A DNA stretch of 56,815 nucleotides, counting the filler, from Sphacelaria rigidula (taxonomy: Eukaryota): NCBI GenBank assembly GCA_964200075.2. It is 5 parts of 5 records of this genome, joined end to end, with 100 filler letters (N's around TTAATTAATTAA, not from the genome) between each part and the next. Parts side by side here need not be neighbours in the genome. Positions count along the whole stretch, not along the records: positions 1 to 11,284 come from CAXNAA020005115.1; 4 more parts are not named here. One strand, 5' to 3'. The notes under the pieces were generated by a model, which saw only the letters and a list, made by a program, of their open reading frames with translations, was not told where the DNA came from and made no database searches. Below, piece after piece: positions 1-11,384 of this stretch. Each line of letters begins with the position of its first letter. Position 1 is the first letter of the stretch. The translations under genes and the position numbers were made by a program.

Positions 1-40
1 CCACTTTCCTTCATCAATAGGGTGTACGAAAAAAAAATAT

Positions 41-746
41 TGATTGATTGACTGATTGTCGCACTTTAACTGACCCCCCAGGGGTCCAGCCGTGGTCTGA
101 TGATAAACGTACCCAAGATAAACGAAAATGAAAAAAAGAAGGAACAGAACAAAACAAAAATTCGTAGCAAGACGAAAAAATACATGTCCAAACTTTATGT
201 ACCCGAGGGTACTCTAAAACCAAGTGACAAAGACAGAAAATAGATTTTTCTCCCCAATTTCCTTCCAAGGCGCTCAAAGCACTGGTTTGTTCTCTATTTC
301 GACCACCCACGGGTATTTTATTCCTTTTTTTGTCGCACTTTGAACCCCCTCCTCTTTCTTGGGACGAGTCCGTGGTCTCGAGGGGTCAACCCATCCCTCC
401 CCCGTACACGAGCCTGGTCCGGCGAAAAACCGTCGTGCTCCGTCCCGGCTTTGTAGGGATGCGAGGCCAATGGTCTCACGACTATGGCATGCATGATTAT
501 GAGTACACCGTACAGGCCTCGTATTTTGGTCTCTCGCGGATTGGATCATGACCAAACACTCCCCAGACGCGTCAACTCACGTCAAACAAACTCAGTCAGC
601 TCCTTTTGGTTTACTCGCGTTCTTCTCACGCTTTCCACGGTGGATGTCAAATCCCACGAGGAAAAAAGCCGGAACACATCGGGATTTGAACTCCCGTTCT
701 CTTCACCCTAATGGCGATAGTCGGACTATTACCCCACCGGGGCGCG
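41..746 (-). mobile_element. tRNA-derived SINE, family 1, copy A
   Basis: The minus strand starts GCCCCGGTGGGGTAATAGTCCG (A-box-like) and later has GGGAGTTCAAATCCCG (B box). The body is shared with 3345-3944 and 49885-50172, and the element ends ...GGTCAGTTAAAGTGCGAC(AATC)n. Confidence 0.75.
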
Positions 747-1099
747 GAGGTTAGTTGCATGGCATAAAAATATATCGTTTTCACTTTCTGCTGTGCACCC
801 CTGGCTCTGGCCCAAAATATCAGCGATGTGTGGGGAGATAAGACCGTCGTTCCGGCCTGCTTATAATTTTCGAAAGGCCTCGGGTGTTGGCGGATGTGTT
901 GCCGACACTCTTGAGGACAACGTCCAAGCTGAAGGCAAGGCGTCAGCTGATTGCCGAGGCAACCTGACCTGTACACGGAAAATCGCCCGTTCTGTGGCCT
1001 CAGCATCACGAGTTCGCCAACTCTCGCGACCACGGCTGGATGTGCATGTAGCTCATCAATATGTGATGATCAATCCCTGGAGCAGTTAATCTATTACCG

Positions 1100-1435
1100 T
1101 GAGCATGCATCTTTTCTTTTCTTTTTTTCCTTCGTCGTATTGTATTTTATTTAATTTGCTCTGTACTTTCCCCTTCTTTTCCTTTTTTTCTTGTTTCAGG
1201 TCGGCAATTTCTTTCTGTGCTTTGCTTGTGTTGACTTCTTTATTACTTTTTTTTTGTTCTTGTTACGACTCAGTCTGCTATGTCGTTTTGTCCGACCCCT
1301 TTTTTTTCCTGCTCCTTCTTTTTCTCAGAGCGTGTCAATGTTTGAGTTTGGTTTATGTTGGGTACGTCTATCACGAGACCACGGCTGAATCCCTGGGGGG
1401 TCACTTAAAGTACGACAATCAATCAATCAATCAAT
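1100..1435 (+). mobile_element. 5'-truncated copy of the SINE family 1 3' half with (AATC)n tail
   Basis: Reverse-complement homology to about 3345-3560 (CAGTCTGCTATGTCGTT, GGGTACGTCTAT..GAGACCACGGCTG...TAAAGTACGACAATCAATCAATC). The left boundary is approximate. Confidence 0.7.
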
Positions 1436-2322
1436 GCAGGGATGAACCCCAGGCAGGAAATTAAAAAAAAAAAAATGAAATTTAGTAGAGAGCGGGGCAG
1501 TCATCACCAAGCTCCTACGAAGCACCAGCGAGGGGATGTAAAACTCGGCCGTCGCCACCAGTGAGGGTGGCATCCATCGCCGAGCTTCTCTAGCTAAGGC
1601 TACCTTTCACGGTTAGGAAAAATCATCACGACTCAAAATCACCAAATTCACGATCTCTTCGGCCTGATCGTCCAAAAGGGAGAAAAACGTTGATCGCTGG
1701 CCCACGGGGTGTGTATCCACGCAACTTTTGTTCCATCTCCACGTGTCTGGGCTGCGTGTAGATGGGTTGCAACGCTGAAATAAAGCCTAGGGATTGATTC
1801 GTCACGAGTCGACTCATCATACTAAAACCAAGTAATTTCCAGACGAATCATTATTTGTCCGACCCTTGCTACCTTTTCTGTCCCTCTGCAGCACCCTCAG
1901 TCACAGACATGTCGACAGGTAATGCCTACACTGTACCTCCAAACGGGAGATCTATCCCGTGGGGGTCAGTCTGTCTCTGCTCGCCGCGAGGCTGGGCAGC
2001 GTAGAATCGGCGCCTTGATTGATAAAACGCGATAGTCCAATGTATCAGCGAAATGCCCGAGATTTAGAGAAGAATAATTTCAAGTGTGAAAAAGTGCAAA
2101 CGTTCCGACGTCTGTCTTTCAAAAATGATCTCCGAACTCGCCTGACCACGGTGTTTTCTCTGGTGTTTTCTCACCTTCATCCTTTCGGAACCCGTTGACG
2201 ATTATTGCTTTGGCGAATCGGCATCATTTTCAGTCATTATCCAGTCAAAAATGATGCCGATTCACCAAAACAAGAATCGTCGATGGCTTCCGAAATGGTT
2301 GATTGCGGATACTGCTAAGCCG

Positions 2323-2700
2323 GTCGCCCCGGTGGCTCAGTCGGTAACCTCGAAACCCTCTGATGCTTGGGTCGTCATTTCGAATCTCGGAGTGATCTGG
2401 CATTTTTATCACACAATGCCGAACAGTGGAGAGCGATTATGTCACGGGTACACAAAATTCGACTTCATGGTCGACGAGGGAAAGGGACCGCTGAACCCCT
2501 CTCGCGATAAAAAAGAAAGGCAAGCACCGCGGAAGGAAGGTGAAGAACTAAAACAAATGATAAAAGAAAAACCTTCTGTGTTGGCCTTCCTCCTGTGTGA
2601 CCGCGGCTGGTGCGCCCACACATACCGAAAGGTGTAGACCGGCGTCCAGAATAGATGGAAAGACAACACTACGGACCAAATATAGTACATAATTACACAC
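2323..2700 (+). mobile_element. tRNA-derived SINE, family 2, copy A
   Basis: Head GCCCCGGTGGCTCAGTCGGTAACCTCG with a degenerate B box (TTCGAATCTCGG). The body GGTCGACGAGGGAAAGGGAC...CCTTCCTCCTGTGTGACC...GGCGTCCAGAATAGATG is collinear with 24915-25278 (-). Confidence 0.75.
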
Positions 2701-2734
2701 CAATAAAAGTAAAACACGCCGGGGGGGGGGGCGT

Positions 2735-2798
2735 ACTCATTTGTTGCTTGCCTTAGTCGTGTGACCATTGACCACGCATTCCTTTCGAGACGGAGCAA
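2735..2798 (-). mobile_element. Short 3' remnant of the same LINE family
   Basis: TGCTTGCCTTAGTCGT.TGA.CATTGACCACGCA..C.TT..GAGAC.GAGCA is shared with 34846-34907, and both copies abut a G-run. Confidence 0.6.
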
Positions 2799-2887
2799 GG
2801 GGGTGGGGGGGATAAACGTGCCACGTACAATACGAAGACAAAAAGAATGTCACAACCATGACCCAGCGGCTTGAGAGAGTCAGTTAC

Positions 2888-3206
2888 CTTGGCGCTCTCC
2901 CGAAGCCGTCTTCTGGACGTTCTCTAGAAGCAAGAGTTGCGGGGGGTAACATTGCATCCCGAGGCTTCTGAGCTTCCTGAATAAAATAAACCAAGGGGAG
3001 GGCAGAAGAGAAAACAACACCTCCGTCGTTGCAGTGTAAATGGACAGGAGTATCATCAACAGCGATACAACAAGGTATCCCTAGTTGGTCAATGGCCCCC
3101 TTGAGAAAGCATTCAACAGCTCAACACATGCTTATACTTCAGTCGTATACCACACATACAGCACAGTGTGCACACAAGGCACAGCGCCTGACACACAGAG
3201 CCTGTG

Positions 3207-3267
<61 letters not shown>

Positions 3268-4503
3268 GCTAGAGCCTAGCCCCAGGGAGAACACTGTATA
3301 GTGCAGCATAGTGTACTCAACCTCTACCCCGGAGCTAACTTTGATCGATTTGATTGATTGTCGTATTTTAAGTGACCGCCCAGGGGTCCAGCCGTGGTCT
3401 CATAATAGACGTACCCAAGAAAAACGAAACTGAAACACGCTCCGAGAAAAAAAAAAGGGTGGGCAGAAAAAAGAAAAAGAGGGGTCGAGCAGAACGACAT
3501 AGCAGACTAAGTCGTGACAGAAAAAAAAAAAAGTAATAAAAAAGTCAAATACCCAAATACCCAACAAAAACAAAAGCGGTGTAAGGAAAAGAGATCCTGC
3601 ACATGAGTCCCGTACTTTCCATTTATTATTCATCATTTGTCGCACTGTGAACCTCTCCCCTTCCTCGAGACGAGTCCGTGGTCTCAAGGGATCAACCCAT
3701 CTCTCCCCGGGACGTGCCTTTCATTTTGGTCTCGCGGGTTGGGTTATGACTATCAGCACTCCCGCACCGCGTCAACTCATGCCAAACAAACTCAGTTGAT
3801 TACTTTGTTTACTCACCTTCTCACGCTTCCCACCGTGGAAATCAGATACTGTACTGCGAAGAAAAAAACTCAACGCATCAGGAATCGAACCCTCATTATC
3901 TCCGCCCTAATGTTGACAGTCGGGCCATTGCACCACCGGGGCGCAGCGGCACTCCACGTGGGGACATTTATAATCGGGGACATACACACATACCTTGGGA
4001 GGATGGGGAACCTTCGGGAGAGTGGCCAAGGCGTTGAAGCTGAAGGGCTCGAACGATGCCTGGCACTCCACTAGCAACGCGGCTGCCTCACTGGAAACCT
4101 GTTCGTGCACAAAAATGCAAAGATTCAATATGCGTGCTTGCTTGCTTCTTGCTTGCTTGCTTGCCGATTGTTGTCTTTGAAAGACGTTCCATTATCATCT
4201 GCAAAGTACCTTTTAGCTTCCGTACCGGACATCTGATGCGGACGCCTTTAGCGTGGTCACAGGCTTACCACCCAAAACAAGGTACAAGCAAATCAGATAA
4301 AAAAATATAGGACCCAGAAAAATGCAAAACAGCCGCGATACAAAAAGGAGGGATGATAATTAACGCATAAGAGATCCGGTGCCGCAGGCAACCATTCGGA
4401 CCGCTGGATTTCAACGAAGTGAGCAGCGATTATTATTATTATTACTACTATTATTATCGAGTGTAATATTATTATCATCATTATCATTATCATTCTCAGT
4501 ATT

Positions 4504-4535
<32 letters not shown>

Positions 4536-7500
4536 TATCATTATCATTATCATTAGTATCATTAGTATCATTAGTATCATTAGTATCATTAGTATTATTA
4601 CTATCATTATTCATTTTATTTTATTGTATACCACACTAAAAATCAACACTGGTGTGTTCTGCCGGAAGTACACCGGAACCCGCCGGCCAGATCCGTGTCC
4701 AGCTAGCTGGTGAAACCTCCCAAAAGGACGAGTCGCACACGTATGAATGTACCAAGGGCAATTTTTCAGTAAGACATGCGACGGAATCTACGTCGATTGA
4801 CAAACCCTCAATCACGCTTGGTCGATAACCCAGTGAGGGGGATCCCGAACTGCGATATCGGGAATGACGACGGTCTCCATCAACCCCTTGACCGTCGGGG
4901 TGGATCATCTGGGTCACGCGGAAATTTTTTCGAGTGAAAATAATGTCAAGTCAACAGATGAATATCTACCCTGGCCGTCAGAGGGTAAAAGAGCTATGGC
5001 ACGTTTATACTCCCACGAGGCGCCGCCAGGTGCCAGACACGCGCTCTACCGATAACACACACTCGCTTCACGTAGCGAACGTTTTAGCTGAGCACTCTCC
5101 CCATGTCCGACGGTCATCTGCATGGAATTCGGGGGCTCCGAGCAGGTAACCTCGATCTGTGTCGAATAATGTTACGGTAGGTACACAGGTCGCTGCCCTG
5201 TCTACATGTCGAACAAGAGACTATGTACGCAGTAAAAAGAGAAGAAAAGCAAGATAAAATGAGATGAAATAAAATAAAATAAAATAAAATAAAAATAAAA
5301 ATAATAGAATAATAACATAAGAACGACCACAATGATCTCCGGCAGGGGGAAGGGAAGTCAGGGCGCACTCAATCCGGAGAGGCTGACATCATACCAAGCG
5401 CAAAGCTTCCCCACTCTTTGTTCTCATCAACGACAACTAAAACACCTTGCCTACCTCGCCGACTGGTCCAAGACTTTGCAGGTAGTGTCCGAACGGAAAG
5501 ACCGATCCAAGTTCCCACTCGTCCACGACCACCACCAGGCGTTGCCCACTCAACTGGAGAATGACACGGAGTTAGGAAAGTGCAGAAAACGCACATAATA
5601 ATATTCTGAATGTTTTCAAATATCCAATCCTTTGAACCTGTACCGAAGCATTTGTTTCCAACAACAAACAGAACAGTACAGCAAGGATAGGATAAAGTAA
5701 AATCTAAATGTTTTCAACTATCCGATCCTTGGAAACTGTCCCGCAGTATTTGTTTCCAACAACAAACAGAACAGTACAGCAAGGATAGGATCGACGACAT
5801 CTTGTTTCATCGCCTGAACACTACAGGAGACCTCAAGCAACTAGAGCAAAACGACACAGATATTTGGTTTTTTTAAATTAAGCAATACCTAACAACAAAT
5901 TATACGAGAATGGATATCCAAAAACCGAAAAATATCATTCCTTGTAAAACTAGGACGTACCTCTCTACACAAAAGCAAAGGAAATGCTTGTACACCCAGC
6001 AGAAACACACCAAGAGGCAGCTAGACCTGAGGCAACTTATATCCCATGGTCCTCTCAACGGCATATACGCAAAGCTGCTAACGGACCAACACAGAAACAC
6101 ACAAAAAAAAAACAGCAACACAGACATGAAGACAAAAGGCGCGACACCTGACCGAGCTGTCGGGTCTTGATCCTGATCTTCGGTACCCGAGGGTCCATGG
6201 GTACCGTCATCACCACAGCCGACCCTCCGCCCCCTCCCGTACCCTCATCAGCAGGAATCGTAACGACGTACGGTCTTCGTCCCTCCTCGACCACGCCGAC
6301 GACGACGCCTACGAGAGGACAACACACACGCAGGTCGATGGAGCATGGCCGTGTAAGTGCGGTCATTTCAGGGGTGTATCAGGTGTACAGTAGCGAATAG
6401 TAGGGGATAGAAGTGTACGTATTACGTCCTGACAATCGCAATCTACCTTGTGTCGTGATATGACGGTCACTGTGTTCGATTGTGTTAAATGACGGCCTGC
6501 CGATCAGCGGGATATCGGGAGCAGGCACTACAACACAGTAATTGGCCAATCAGCACGGGGGGGTACAGTATGACTCTTGTCGATAGCAACAGCAGGGTGG
6601 GTGGGTACTGTACATGACTCTTGCCGCTAGCGATACATATCTTGAGGGAAACAACAGCAAGGTAGGTGCGTACTGTATGACTATGACTTGTAGCCAAATG
6701 ATATCAAGCCGTAGGTTTCAGTAAAATCGCATGCATGATTGGAGCAGTCGCAGGGGACAGGGGATCCTGGATTGATGGCCCTTCTCTGTGTGGCCCATTG
6801 CTATCTGGCTCTTGATGTGGACTGTAGAGGATCACTCCGTGATAAATAACGAGTGAGAAGAGAGGACTTGTTGAGCACGAGGCCAGTGCTACTGGAGGAG
6901 TCCCTCGTGGATAGTCCTCTTGTCCAGATCGTCTGGCAGAGGCAAAGGTTATGACATACATAGGTAGTGCACTTGTTTCTGTTCCGATTGTCCCATACTA
7001 AAATATATATATGAAAACAATTGAAAAATAAAAAGTCGTCTGTAACCCACAGACGGTGCAAAGGTTATCATATACAAGATGTATACATAGGCAGTGCACT
7101 TGTTTCTGTTCCGACTGTGCCCCATACTGAAATATATATGAAAACAATCCCAACTGCACCGTCTGTGTATCACAAATGATGACGAATGTCCCAGCGAGTG
7201 CACTACCTATGTATATATGTCATAACCTTTGGGCAGAGGCTATAGACTCTTACCGATAGCAATACCTACCACCACAAGGTCAACGTACGTCATAACTGGC
7301 ACCGACCTGTGGGCAGGGCACCCGGCGAGGCCATCCTTTCTTGGCTGTCGACATCTTGCAAAGTCTCCGCATCGGCGTCCAAGCCGTCAGCCCCGGAATC
7401 CTCGTCTGGAACATGCGTCAGCCTCTTGCGGTCCGTGGGAGTTCGCCACCTGACACAGTACAAACGGTATCCCATCACGTGCAGCTGATCCTTGGTCCGG

Positions 7501-8797
7501 CGTCGTTTTTTCGTCTTGTCACTCGTCTCTATATCCATATCCTTCTCCGTTCTTTTGACTATACGTTGGTTGGTTCACGTGCTTGTATCTTCTCTGTCGT
7601 TCAACTCAACTTTTGATCAACAGGTGTTTCCCGTCCGCTGTTTGTTTTGGGGTTATAAGTCTACTCTCACCACGGTTGGGTTCGTATATAAATAGCCAAG
7701 ATATGAGACAAGCACTCCATCGATGGGCAGGATTAGTCGGTTGCTCACGGCACGCTGCTATATGTGAGTTGCGTGGGTAACGATGAGTTAGTTATTTGCA
7801 AGGGCAGGTCGAGTGGGGTATGCTCAATTGCGGGGTATTTCGAAAGTCGTACGTAAAGTACGAAAATTGGGGTAGGGTATTAGCAGTCGCTTTCCAGTTA
7901 TTTTTGGGGTAAGACTGACACTTTCTACGGTAGCTCCCCTCCAAAAAGTGCCTCGTTTGGGGAGGCAAAATCTTCACGTAAATCGAAGTAGAAAAAGCCG
8001 AGCACAACGAACAGCTGGGAATTCCCATGCTTGGGTTCGTTCTCGTCAATGTCGACCATACGAGGCGCTTCATGCAGCCTGAACCCAAGCATCAGGCGCT
8101 GTATGATCAGTTTTTAGTGACACTTTTGGGCTGGTTTGGGGGTGGGGGGGCTATCGTAAAAAGTGTCGATTCCTCACCCCTTACCCCAAACTTAGTACTT
8201 GAGGTACGACTTTCAAAATACCCCGCGATTGAGCGTACCCTACTCGACCTGCCCTTGGTTATCTGATTATCGCGAATAAATGGGCAGTGACCTTGGTTTA
8301 CTGTTTCGTGCATGTCGCCATCTCATTATGGCTGGATGAATGCTGGTCACACTAAGTGATGGTAGAGTGTACTCATGATCATGCATGCCATAGTCATCAG
8401 ACCATTGACCTCGCATCCCTACGATGCCGGGACGGAGCACGNNNNNNNNNNGCATGAAGGGTGAGCTGCATCCTGCTGAGATTGTTCGGCCCGAAGCCTA
8501 CTGATAATCTTGCATTTGGATGACAGCCTACAATGAGTTGTTTTATTCTGTGGTATTGCCACTTGCAGAGACAGCCATGAAATCTACACTGCCTCATGGG
8601 TGACTAACCGTGCCGCGTGCACGAAATGATCATATACTGACATCGCTGCATGACACCAAGTCTAAAATCGGTGGAATATTCAAATACGTGTGAGTGCACG
8701 TGCTGTAGCGCAAGACATTTTCCACCTGAAACCATGTCGCTAAGTCCGGCTATTTCTAATTCCTCATTCATCCATTTATTTTGCTTTGTTCATTTGT

Positions 8798-8831
<34 letters not shown>

Positions 8832-10245
8832 CTTCACATTAAAAACCGTTCCGATATCCGCGCGGTACATTCGTACTGGGCATCTGATGCGGACGCCTTC
8901 CGTGGTCACAGGCTACCTGATAAACCCATAACAAGGTACAATATGACGAAATCAAACAAAATCGAACAAAACAAACTAGATCCATATTAAAACCCACGAA
9001 ACGCGATAGAAGCAAAACAGGGATATATAATACAGAAGAAAGAGAGTACATATGGCTAACCTCAGAAGATCCGGTGCCGCAGGTGGCCATTCGGACTTCA
9101 GGGGGTGGCACCCGGCTTACCAACTCGACGCGCGAGGCCAAGTAGAAATGAACAGAGGGTACAACTACGGGCGAGACTCAAGGCCCCAAATACCACCAAT
9201 CCAAGAACTAAGAATCGCAAGGTTCCATCTTTCGGCCTCTCGAGGGACAGCCATACGTACAAGCATACCAGGTGTATCAAGACAAGCACTGCATGACATA
9301 ACGGCACCTCTTAGCGGGGGGGTTTTTGTTTGGTTTTGTTTTTTCCTTCTCCCGAATACTCTGTTTGTTCCATCTTTTTTGTTTCCTTTATTATTATACA
9401 GCGAATATTTCCTTTTTGATAGTCTAGGGTACGTCGGTGATGTGACCACGGCTGGGTCTCTGGGCGATCAGTTTGGCCGCTCCTTATAACGGACAAAAAT
9501 AAAAATCTGGAAAAGTGCCTTTTTCGAGCTTCTACATCGTTTTACCCCCCAAAAGAGAGCTAGGCGGAGTTTGACACCTTGGAATGACTTGCTCTTAGTC
9601 GAGGCGGTTCTAGGACATCTTTTCGTTTTCGGGTGGCCGCAGTTTTCATTTTAGCCAAACAAGATTTTTTGTCGAAGAACAGGTGAAAATAGTTTTTTTT
9701 TCTAGATTCCAAGGTGTCAAACTCCGCCTAGCTGTCTTTTAGGACGTGAAACGATGTAGAAGCTCGATAAAAGGCACTTTTCCCCAGATATTTATTGTTG
9801 TCTATTATAAGTAGCGGCCTTAACGAGCAACAACGAACTAATCGATCGACAAAATCAATCAACCATTCATGGTGCGTTTTACGGCGTATAATTATCTCAG
9901 TCCACTGCAGTACGCTGTCGTGTATCCCTAACCCCGAGGCCCAACCTGACTGTAATAAGTACAGCTAATCTCCAGAAGAACTCGTCCCGACAAACACTGC
10001 CGATGCTCTACAGCCGGTTTCCCCACATGTTTTCAGAATCCTTTGGACGCGTGCATAATTTCTCCGATGACCGCCTGGCACTTCATCTATCGAACGTTGT
10101 ATCTACACCCTCGGAGGCTTGATTGAAGATCGTAACAGAGTAGAGCACAGCGGCTCGCGTCTCACATTTTTTTAGGCAGTAATCTGACGGCAACCGTGTC
10201 GCCGTGCATGGATCGATTCATGCCTTCTCTCCCGAGGACCAAAAT
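2888..10245 (-). CDS. DIS3/DIS3L-like (RRP44 family) exosome 3'-5' exoribonuclease, partial gene covering the cold-shock/OB region
   Basis: Phase-consistent GT-AG exons: 10245-10166 (ILVLGREGMNRSMHGDTVAVRLLPKK), 7449-7307 (WRTP...PGALPTG), 6308-6148 (VVVGVVEEGRRPYVVTIP...VPMDPRVPKIRIKTRQLGQ), 5553-5455 (LSGQRLVVVVDEWELGSVFPFGHYLQSLGPVGE), 4098-3994 (VSSEAAALLVECQASFEPFSFNALATLP) and, less certain, 2976-2888. The motifs NRxxHGDxVAV, PTGxVVG, PxDxRIPKIRI and W..S.YP.GH match the DIS3 family. The start codon and RNB catalytic domain were not found in the window. Confidence 0.85.
3209..3263. repeat. (CA)n microsatellite
   Basis: Uninterrupted CA run. Confidence 0.95.
3345..3944 (-). mobile_element. 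tRNA-derived SINE, family 1, copy B (intronic in the DIS3-like gene)
   Basis: Head GCCCCGGTGGTGCAATGGCCCG...GGGTTCGATTCCTG, same body as copy A, and an (AATC)n tail at 3345-3360. Confidence 0.78.
4218..4402. repeat. Dispersed repeat (second copy at 8871-9095), probably a retroposon 3' end
   Basis: CGTAC.GG.CATCTGATGCGGACGCCTT..CGTGGTCACAGGCT...ACAAGGTACAA...AGATCCGGTGCCGCAGG...CCATTCGGAC is shared between the two sites, and each copy lies just downstream of a short microsatellite. Confidence 0.72.
4429..4620. repeat. Compound (ATT)/(ATC)/(ATTAGTATC) microsatellite
   Basis: Visible trinucleotide and nonanucleotide runs. Confidence 0.9.
5606..5790. repeat. ~98-bp tandem duplication
   Basis: AATGTTTTCAA.TATCC.ATCCTT...ATTTGTTTCCAACAACAAACAGAACAGTACAGCAAGGATAGGAT occurs twice. 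Confidence 0.8.
6943..7231. mobile_element. MITE with ~30-bp TIRs and a perfect 8-bp TSD (hAT/P-type)
   Basis: TIRs CAAAGGTTATGACATA..CATAGGTAGTGCAC / GTGCACTACCTATG..TATGTCATAACCTTTG. TSD GGCAGAGG at 6935-6942 and 7232-7239. There is an internal tandem duplication of the left arm. Confidence 0.88.
7799..8257. mobile_element. MITE with TIR CAAGGGCAGGTCG and 8-bp TSD (hAT/P-type)
   Basis: CAAGGGCAGGTCGAGTGGGGTA ... TACCCTACTCGACCTGCCCTTG, with flanks GTTATTTG / GTTATCTG. The interior is rich in GGGTA/TACCC motifs. Confidence 0.82.
8871..9095. repeat. Second copy of the 4218-4402 repeat
   Basis: Direct homology to 4218-4402, preceded by (GTT)n at 8798-8831. Confidence 0.72.
9475..9819. mobile_element. 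Fold-back MITE with ~110-bp TIRs (Tourist/PIF-like), nested in a SINE family 1 tail
   Basis: GGCCGCT.CTTATAA...AAAGTGCCTTTT.TCGAGCTTCTACATCGTTT...GCTAGGCGGAGTTTGACACCTTGGAAT has its reverse complement at about 9706-9819. Flanks are TTT / TTA. Confidence 0.8.
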
Positions 10246-11284
10246 CTGCCATCGTCCCAAACACGCGCGGTAGACAAAATGTCCGACACCATAACGAGGC
10301 ACGATAGTTACAGATCAAGCGGCAACAGCAGCACAAAGGCACGAAGGCACAGGTCAAAGGCAGATCAGATCATGATCTATCTGAAAATTACTTCTTCTCA
10401 GTATATTGATCTGGATCATGCATGATCCGGATCATCTGACCCTACTTTTTCATGTTTGCTCCTTACCGCGCCGGACGCCGAGTAGCGCAAAGGTTGAGCG
10501 TTGGTTGCTCGTTACACGTCACAAAAAAACGTTTCAAAATACGTCACACGTCACAAACGTAACGTACATTATTTGTTACACGCCACAATAGAGGTTTCAA
10601 AATACGTTACTGTGACGTGACGTGACGTATAATTTTTCAAGACGTTACAAGTGTGACGTGACTGGCTTTTTTCTCACTCCGCGGTCACATATTTCTTGTT
10701 TTCGGACCAAGGGATATTCGAGACCCTTCCTTGATGAGTTGTTTCAGACAGATCATGATCTGATCTGATCTGTCCGACGTGTGAAAGGCATATTTCGTGA
10801 CAGACAACATGTCCCGCACCGCGCGAGGGACGATGATTACAGAGCAAGCAGCAGTAGCGGCAGTAGCAGCTGTAGCAGCTGTAGCAGCAATACCAGGAAG
10901 AAAAATAGCAGCGGTAGCAGCAGTAGCACAAAGGCAAACGGACACCAAGGCACAAGGGCACAAAGGCACATTTGTTGACTGCGCAGATCGCATGCGGGGC
11001 GGATTTGGGGATCGCTATGGAAAAAAAAAAGTCGACCCGAAACGTGCACTTCCAAGTACCACCACCCTCAAAAACGGCATCAGCGCGACGCACTTTAGTA
11101 CGCTAGGGGTAAGCTATCTACTATCGCGTGCCGGTCGAAGCCAACGCCACCCCAATACCCCCGTCAAACCATGAGCACACTCCAGGTGGTTCAGGCTGCT
11201 TGCTATCTTAGAAAAATGGGTACAACCGCCTGAATGACCGAAGCACGAGAGGGTCGTGACGAGCCCCACTACGTTTGCAACCGG

Positions 11285-11384
11285 NNNNNNNNNNNNNNNN
11301 NNNNNNNNNNNNNNNNNNNNNNNNNNNNTTAATTAATTAANNNNNNNNNNNNNNNNNNNNNNNNNNNNNNNNNNNNNNNNNNNN
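11285..11384. other. Artificial scaffold linker N44-TTAATTAATTAA-N44
   Basis: The identical linker recurs every 11383 nt. Confidence 0.97.

Noticed and set aside
92..130. Hammerhead ribozyme (CTGATGA...GAAA)
   Set aside because: No stem II pairing, and CTGATGA is not conserved in the homologous copies (CTCGTGA, CTCATAA).
668..746. Functional tRNA genes (also at 3872-3944, 2323-2400, 25195-25278, 50105-50172)
   Set aside because: A/B boxes are present but I could not form consistent acceptor and anticodon stems. Each head continues into a shared repeat body, which indicates SINE heads.
970..1035. Further DIS3-like exon (SRGRESWRTRDAEATERAIFRVQ)
   Set aside because: Phase and splice sites are compatible, but there is no family similarity and alternative candidates exist at about 1690-1750 and 1937-1991, so I cannot support it.
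4293..4639. Poly-Met/Ile, poly-Asp/Asn and poly-Leu/Ser ORFs (similarly 38403-38948 and 52221-52827)
   Set aside because: These are translations of intronic microsatellites.
11329..11340. TTAATTAATTAA as a biological motif or piggyBac site
   Set aside because: It is centred in N-runs with exact periodicity, so it is an assembly linker.
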